DNA of 12,547 nucleotides from Elusimicrobiota bacterium (GTDB lineage: Bacteria > Elusimicrobiota > UBA8919), in contig JBDRIG010000064.1 of NCBI GenBank assembly GCA_043816185.1, positions 1 to 12,547 of the forward strand, given 5' to 3'. The notes beneath the pieces are model-generated. The model was not told the origin of the DNA and did not search any database. It was given only the letters and a program-made list of their open reading frames with translations. This document shows, piece after piece, positions 7,616 through 12,547 of the stretch (the first letter of the stretch is position 1; every line of letters starts with the position of its first letter). The position numbers and the translations under genes were made by a program.

Positions 7616-8137
7616 ATGGGAAAAATTATTTTTATTTTGGGTGGGGTACGAAGCGGAAAAAGTAATTTCGCATTGAAAATATCGCAGAAACAAAAAAACG
7701 TATTATTTGTGGCAACAGCAAAACCTTTTGATTCTGAAATGAAAGAAAAAATCAAAAAACATAAAAAAGATAGACCCAAAAATATAAAAACACTTGAAGT
7801 CGTAGATACTCTTTTTGAAATTTATAAAGAAAATTTTAATACGGCAATTGTTGATTGCTTGACATTGCATGTATCAAACAAAATTTTAAATGGTATAAAA
7901 GATGTAGAAATAATTAGTGAAATCAAAAAATTTTTAATTTCTATGAAGGACAAAAACAAGAATGTAATTATTGTATCAAATGAAGTTGGCTGTGGAATCG
8001 TTCCAAAAAATAAATTGGCGAGGAGATTCAGAGACATTTTAGGTAATGTTAATCAATTGGTTTCCGCATTTGCTGATAAAGTATATTATATGACGGCTGG
8101 GATTCCAGTTCAAATCAAAAGGAGGCAAAATGATTAG
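7616..8137 (+). CDS. cobU: Adenosylcobinamide kinase / adenosylcobinamide-phosphate guanylyltransferase
   Basis: GGVRSGKS, VATA, H..DRP, VDCLT, VSNEVGCGIVP and R.FRD.LG motifs; ATG 7616 lies directly after the cobO stop. Confidence 0.93.
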   Translation: MGKIIFILGGVRSGKSNFALKISQKQKNVLFVATAKPFDSEMKEKIKKHKKDRPKNIKTLEVVDTLFEIYKENFNTAIVDCLTLHVSNKILNGIKDVEIISEIKKFLISMKDKNKNVIIVSNEVGCGIVPKNKLARRFRDILGNVNQLVSAFADKVYYMTAGIPVQIKRRQND

Positions 8138-9194
8138 TAAAAAAATTGATGAAATAGTAAAAATGATTAAGCCGCTTGACCAGAAACTTTTTAAGCAGAC
8201 ACAGAAACGCCTTGATAATTTAACAAAACCAATAGGTTCTTTGGGGCGACTCGAAGAACTGGCTTGTCAAGTTGTAGCAATCTCTGGAAAAGAAAAACCA
8301 AAACTAACAAAAAAAGTGATATTTACACTCGCAGGCGATCATGGTGTTGTAGAAGAGGGCGTTTCCTGCTTTCCGAAAGAGGTGACATTGCAGATGGTTT
8401 ACAATTTTTTACGAGGTGGAGCGGGTATAAATGTTTTGGCAAGGCATGTTGGTGCGAAAGTTATTGTGGCTGATTGTGGAGTTGCAGAGAAGTTGAAAGT
8501 TGAGAGCTTAGAGTTTAGAGATAAAAAAATCAACTATGGAACAAAAAATTTTACAAAGGGTTCTGCAATGACGGAAGATGAAGCGATAAAATCAGTTGAA
8601 GCAGGAATAGAACTTATAGAGGAAGAATTATCAAACAAACTCGACATCATAGGTACCGGTGATATGGGAATTGCAAATACAACACCATCTTCGGCAATTA
8701 CGTCGGTAATTTGTGGTGTTGAAGTTGAAAAAATTACCGGCAGGGGAACTGGTATTGATGATAAAATGTTGGAAAACAAAATTGCAGCAATAAAAAAAGC
8801 AATTGTATTAAATAAACCCAATAAGGATAATGCTATTGATGTCCTTTCAAAAATCGGTGGATTTGAAATTGGAGGACTTGCAGGTGTAATTCTTGCAGGA
8901 GCGGCATATAAAATTCCTGTAGTTATTGACGGATTTATTTCAGGAGCAGCCGCACTTTTGGCATATACATTACAACCGACGGTTGCGGAATATCTAATTG
9001 CATCGCACTGCTCAGTTGAACAAGGACATAAAATAATTTTGAAGCATCTCGGATTGAAACCGATTTTAGATTTAAATCTTCGTCTCGGCGAAGGAACTGG
9101 TGCTGCTTTGGCAATAAACATTGTTGAAGCATCCGTAAAAATTTTAACGGAAATGGCAACATTTGAAAACGCCGGAATAAGCGAAAAAATATAA
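8130..9194 (+). CDS. cobT: Nicotinate-nucleotide--dimethylbenzimidazole phosphoribosyltransferase
   Basis: LTKPIGSLGRLE, AGDHGV, GDMGIANTT, TGRGTG, GGFEI, DGFI and LRLGEGTGA motifs. Confidence 0.96.
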   Translation: MISKKIDEIVKMIKPLDQKLFKQTQKRLDNLTKPIGSLGRLEELACQVVAISGKEKPKLTKKVIFTLAGDHGVVEEGVSCFPKEVTLQMVYNFLRGGAGINVLARHVGAKVIVADCGVAEKLKVESLEFRDKKINYGTKNFTKGSAMTEDEAIKSVEAGIELIEEELSNKLDIIGTGDMGIANTTPSSAITSVICGVEVEKITGRGTGIDDKMLENKIAAIKKAIVLNKPNKDNAIDVLSKIGGFEIGGLAGVILAGAAYKIPVVIDGFISGAAALLAYTLQPTVAEYLIASHCSVEQGHKIILKHLGLKPILDLNLRLGEGTGAALAINIVEASVKILTEMATFENAGISEKI

Positions 9195-9259
9195 ACAAGG
9201 TGGTCGAGATAGTTTCACTCCTATTTATATGATTTTTATAACACCGTAAGTAGCAAACT

Positions 9260-9991
9260 ATGATTAAAATTTTTCTATCAGCAATTAGTTTCTTAACAAT
9301 CATACCAGTTCCTAAAAAGTTTTCATTGGAATTTAAACATTCAGTAATTTTTTTTCCACTTGTCGGATTATTTATCGGCGGAATTCTTATATTGATAAAT
9401 TATTTAAGTTCCTTTTTATTTTCTAAAAATGTGGTCGATATGGTAGTTATTGTTTCGCTTATAATAATTACTGGCGGACTTCACTTAGATGGTTTTGCAG
9501 ATACTTGCGATGGCTTCTATGCAGGTAAAGATAAAAGTGATAGTTTAAGAATTATGGACGATGCTCATATCGGAACGATGGGAGTTGCTGGGCTTTTTTG
9601 TATTCTCGGATTGAAATTTTTTGCACTTCAAAGTATTCCACAAAAAATTATATATCCAGCGTTACTCTTCTTTCCAATTTTAAGTCGATGGAATTTGGTT
9701 TTTGCATGTACAATTTCTAAATCAGCAAAAAATGAAGGACTGGGAAAAACGTTCATTGGTACCGTTTCAAAAAATGATCTTGTTATCGCTACAATCATCA
9801 CATTTTTTGTATCACTTATTCTTTTTAAAACTAAGGGAATTTTAATTTTAATTGCAACATTGCTTATCACGGTTTTGTTTTTAAAATATGTAATCAAAAA
9901 AATAGATGGTATTACTGGCGATATATTAGGTGCATTAAATGAAATCTGCGAGATATTTGTGCTCTTAATTTTGTGTATAAATGAAAAATGA
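9260..9991 (+). CDS. cobS: Cobalamin (5'-phosphate) synthase
   Basis: FLT.IP, FFPLVG, TGGLHLDGFADTCDG, IMDD..IG.MG and GITGDILGA..E motifs; hydrophobic membrane protein. Confidence 0.95.
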   Translation: MIKIFLSAISFLTIIPVPKKFSLEFKHSVIFFPLVGLFIGGILILINYLSSFLFSKNVVDMVVIVSLIIITGGLHLDGFADTCDGFYAGKDKSDSLRIMDDAHIGTMGVAGLFCILGLKFFALQSIPQKIIYPALLFFPILSRWNLVFACTISKSAKNEGLGKTFIGTVSKNDLVIATIITFFVSLILFKTKGILILIATLLITVLFLKYVIKKIDGITGDILGALNEICEIFVLLILCINEK

Positions 9992-10586
9992 AAAAATTAC
10001 GATCAAGGTTCCTGGGAGTTGTGGCGAATTGGCACAAGGAATGCTCGATGGCAACTATTTTCATATTACCTGTCCTATTAATTTGTTCTCATATATTTCA
10101 GTTAAATCGTCGAAAAAAGTAGAAACTTTGCCCAATAAGTGGAAATCAAGAAAAGCGGCTGAAAAAACATTAAAGTTTTTAGGAGAAAGAAAAAACCTAA
10201 AGATTCAAATAGACTCACAGCTTCCTACTTGCTGCGGAATGGCTTCCAGCACTGCGGATATTGTCGGTGTATGTTTAGGTGTAGCAAAACTTTTAGAAAA
10301 ACAAATTTCCGATGATAATATATCTGAAGTAGCATTATCCATAGAACCAAGTGATGGAATAATGTTCAAGGGGATTGTTTTGTTTGATCACCGAAAAGGT
10401 GAATTAAAAGAATATCTCGGTTCTCCTCCAAAAATAAAAATATTAGTGATTGATTTAGGTATTCGTGAAAATACAATTCGATTTAATAAAATGAATTTTT
10501 CAAAAGAGCACTTATATAACGGAAAAAAGATTGAGAAAGCGGTTGAATTGATAAAGAAAGGAATTAAAGAAAAAAATTATCAATGA
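9981..10586 (+). pseudogene. pduX: C-terminally truncated L-threonine kinase (PduX/BluE-like GHMP kinase)
   Basis: PGSCGELAQG, GMASSTAD, IEPSDG and FDHR.G motifs; ends at 201 aa without the C-terminal GHMP region; the last codons overlap CbiB-like sequence. Confidence 0.75.
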
Positions 10587-11160
10587 TTGTAGGCAGGGAT
10601 ACTGAAAATTTAAACGAAAAAGAAATTGTTCGTGCAACTGTTGAAACTGTTGCGGAGAGTGTTGTAGATGGTATCATTTCACCATTATTTTATGCTTTTT
10701 TAGGCGGCGCACCATTAGCACTTGCATACAAAGCAATAAATACTCTTGATTCTATGGTCGGTTATAAAAACGACAAATATAGAGAATTCGGCTGGGTATC
10801 TGCAAAGATAGATGACATTGCAAATTTCATTCCAGCAAGAATCTCAGGTTTACTTTTACCGTTACAAGTTTTATTTCAAATAAAAATTTTACAAATAGTT
10901 TCAGAGCAGTGTTGCGAGATGGACTAAAAAATCCAACCTCTAATAGTAGCATACCAGAATCGGCAGTTGCAGGCGCATTATGTGTCCAGTTGGGAGGATT
11001 AAATTTTTACAATTCACTTCCGATCGAAAAACCTTTTATGGGCGATAATGTATATCCTTTAGAAAAAAAACATATAAAAGAAACAATTAAAATTGCTTAT
11101 TTTTGTTCAGCGTTGACAATAATATGTGGTGTAATTTTATGGTGGATAATAAACCGTTAG
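10568..11160 (+). pseudogene. cbiB: Adenosylcobinamide-phosphate synthase CbiB/CobD remnant (5'-truncated, frameshifted)
   Basis: [39 protein letters not shown] and [10 protein letters not shown] in one frame; after a frameshift near 10860 it continues [35 protein letters not shown]; the N-terminal membrane half is absent. Confidence 0.85.
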
Positions 11161-12092
11161 ACAATAAATTGTTAGAGCGATTAAAAAGTGCGTTGACTGA
11201 TTCGGCCAAGCGAAATGCTGGCGAAGGATCACTTTTTTCCGGTGGATTAGACACAGGCATTTTATCATCACTCTCCCCTAAAACCGTGGCAATAAATGTA
11301 AGTTTAGAAAATTATGCACCCGATCTTAAATTCGCAAAAATATTGGAAAAATATCTTTGCTTGAAAATACATTATTTGACAATAAAAATAGACGAAGCAA
11401 TCTCTGTAATACCACAAGTAATAAAAATATTAAAAAGTTTTGACCCTGCAATACCAAACGATATACCTGTTTATTTTGGATTGAAATTTGCTAAAAAACT
11501 TGGATTAAAAAGCATAGTAACTGGCGATGGTTCCGATGAACTTTTGGCTGGGTATACTTACATGCAAAATATAAATAATTTAGACGATTATATTCGGAGA
11601 ATTGCAAGAAATATGTATTTTAGTTCAAATGAATTAGGAAAATTTTTCGGAATAAAAATTAAACAACCGTATATGGATAAACAATTTATTGATTTTGTGT
11701 TAACAATAGATACGAAATTCAAAATCAAAAGAGAGCAAAATAAAATTTTCGGCAAGTGGATTTTAAGAAAGGCATTTGAAAATGATTTACCAGATAATGC
11801 TATTTGGCAGAGTAAAAGACCGCTTGAGGTAGGCTCTGGTATGACAAAATTAAGAAAGATTCTTACTGACAAAATCTCCGACACTGAATTCGTCGAGAAG
11901 CAAAAAATTTATCCAATAAAGTTTATCAATAAAGAACATTTATATTATTACGAAATATATAAGAATGTAGTAGGAAAAATACCAAAACCTAAAAAAAATG
12001 AAAAAAGTTGTAACGGATGTGGTGCGGGAATGAAAATACAATCTTTTCATTGTAAGGTTTGTGGATATGTGTTAATTTCTGACAAAAGTTGA
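11139..12092 (+). CDS. Asparagine synthetase-like ATP pyrophosphatase (no glutaminase domain) with C-terminal Zn-ribbon
   Basis: FSGGLDT PP-loop, TGDGSDELLAGY, PYMD and GKWILRKAF motifs; C-terminal CNGC...CKVC. Start is uncertain (ATG 11139 or GTG 11142). Confidence 0.8.
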   Translation: MVDNKPLDNKLLERLKSALTDSAKRNAGEGSLFSGGLDTGILSSLSPKTVAINVSLENYAPDLKFAKILEKYLCLKIHYLTIKIDEAISVIPQVIKILKSFDPAIPNDIPVYFGLKFAKKLGLKSIVTGDGSDELLAGYTYMQNINNLDDYIRRIARNMYFSSNELGKFFGIKIKQPYMDKQFIDFVLTIDTKFKIKREQNKIFGKWILRKAFENDLPDNAIWQSKRPLEVGSGMTKLRKILTDKISDTEFVEKQKIYPIKFINKEHLYYYEIYKNVVGKIPKPKKNEKSCNGCGAGMKIQSFHCKVCGYVLISDKS

Positions 12093-12110
12093 TAAAAGGG
12101 GGTGATACTA

Positions 12111-12218
12111 ATGAAGAAAACAAAACAGAAAGTAAAAAAAAGTGTTATTGCTTGTCGCAAGAAATGCAAAGTAAAAGGGGTTGGCCTTTCACATTATATA
12201 CTTGTAGATAAAAAATAA
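12111..12218 (+). CDS. cbpA: 35-aa small peptide resembling modified peptide precursor CbpA
   Basis: Strong RBS AAAGGGGGTGAT; translation MKKTKQKVKKSVIACRKKCKVKGVGLSHYILVDKK. The VIA.R..C...G.GLSHYIL pattern matches my recollection of the cob-linked CbpA family. Confidence 0.75.
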   Translation: MKKTKQKVKKSVIACRKKCKVKGVGLSHYILVDKK

Positions 12219-12256
12219 CATTGTTTTGGCTCGTGGATCAAACAATGAAAGACCTG

Positions 12257-12340
12257 AGTGAAAGACTCTGGATGTGATATTAACGGTAATATCGGTGGTG
12301 TAATATTGACGGTAATATTGACTATCCAGAGCCTTTCACT
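12257..12340. other. Long hairpin with internally repeated loop
   Basis: AGTGAAAGACTCTGGAT pairs with ATCCAGAGCCTTTCACT (16/17); the loop contains repeated (T)AATATTGACGG-like units. Confidence 0.7.
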
Positions 12341-12354
12341 AAACAAATTATTGC

Positions 12355-12396
12355 TACTTCATTAAGTTCAGTTTGTCATTGAGACGGTGTCACAAT
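12355..12396 (+). repeat. Copy 2 of ~42-bp direct repeat
   Basis: TACTTCATTAAGTTCAGTTTGTCATTGAGACGGTGTCACAAT, compared with 6643-6683. Confidence 0.8.
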
Positions 12397-12403
12397 AGCA
12401 AAA

Positions 12404-12433
12404 TGTCCGTCATCTATGGAAAAGCATGTCAAG
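12404..12433. repeat. Right copy of 30-bp long-range inverted repeat
   Basis: TGTCCGTCATCTATGGAAAAGCATGTCAAG; 29/30 match to the reverse complement of 2183-2212. Confidence 0.9.
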
Positions 12434-12547
12434 TAGAAAATAGCATCCCCTTTGTCAAAAATCAGCATCTTTTGACACGCTTCCTTCCCGCTAAACGGGT
12501 GGAGATAAATGAATATAAATTTGTAAATGACACCAATAATAAAGGTG

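Noticed and set aside
8534..9121. 195-aa minus-strand ORF and the other minus-strand or nested ORFs in the track
   Set aside because: They lie wholly or largely within well-supported + strand genes and show no recognisable motifs; these are antisense shadows.
10855..10865. Programmed frameshift in cbiB
   Set aside because: No slippery heptamer at the site, and the gene is independently truncated and degenerate.

Overview
AT-rich bacterial window with all credible genes on the + strand. It begins with tRNA-Gly(CCC) and a nitronate monooxygenase/FabK-like flavoenzyme. Four consecutive genes for nucleic-acid-acting enzymes follow: a Translin/Trax-family protein, a beta-CASP RNase J-like MBL nuclease, a PIN-PhoH (PhoH2-type) protein and a PHP/YciV-like phosphoesterase. 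Next come a consensus sigma70 promoter, a cobalamin riboswitch with terminator, about 470 bp of repeat debris, and a cobamide salvage/nucleotide-loop operon (cobO-cobU-cobT-cobS). The operon continues with a truncated pduX-like gene joined by an apparent deletion to a frameshifted cbiB remnant. It ends with an asparagine-synthetase-like ATP pyrophosphatase carrying a C-terminal Zn-ribbon and an unannotated 35-aa ORF resembling the radical-SAM-modified peptide precursor CbpA. Two repeat pairs span large distances: a 30-bp inverted repeat (2183-2212 / 12404-12433) and a ~42-bp direct repeat (6643-6683 / 12355-12396). All family assignments come from motif recognition by eye; no searches were run.
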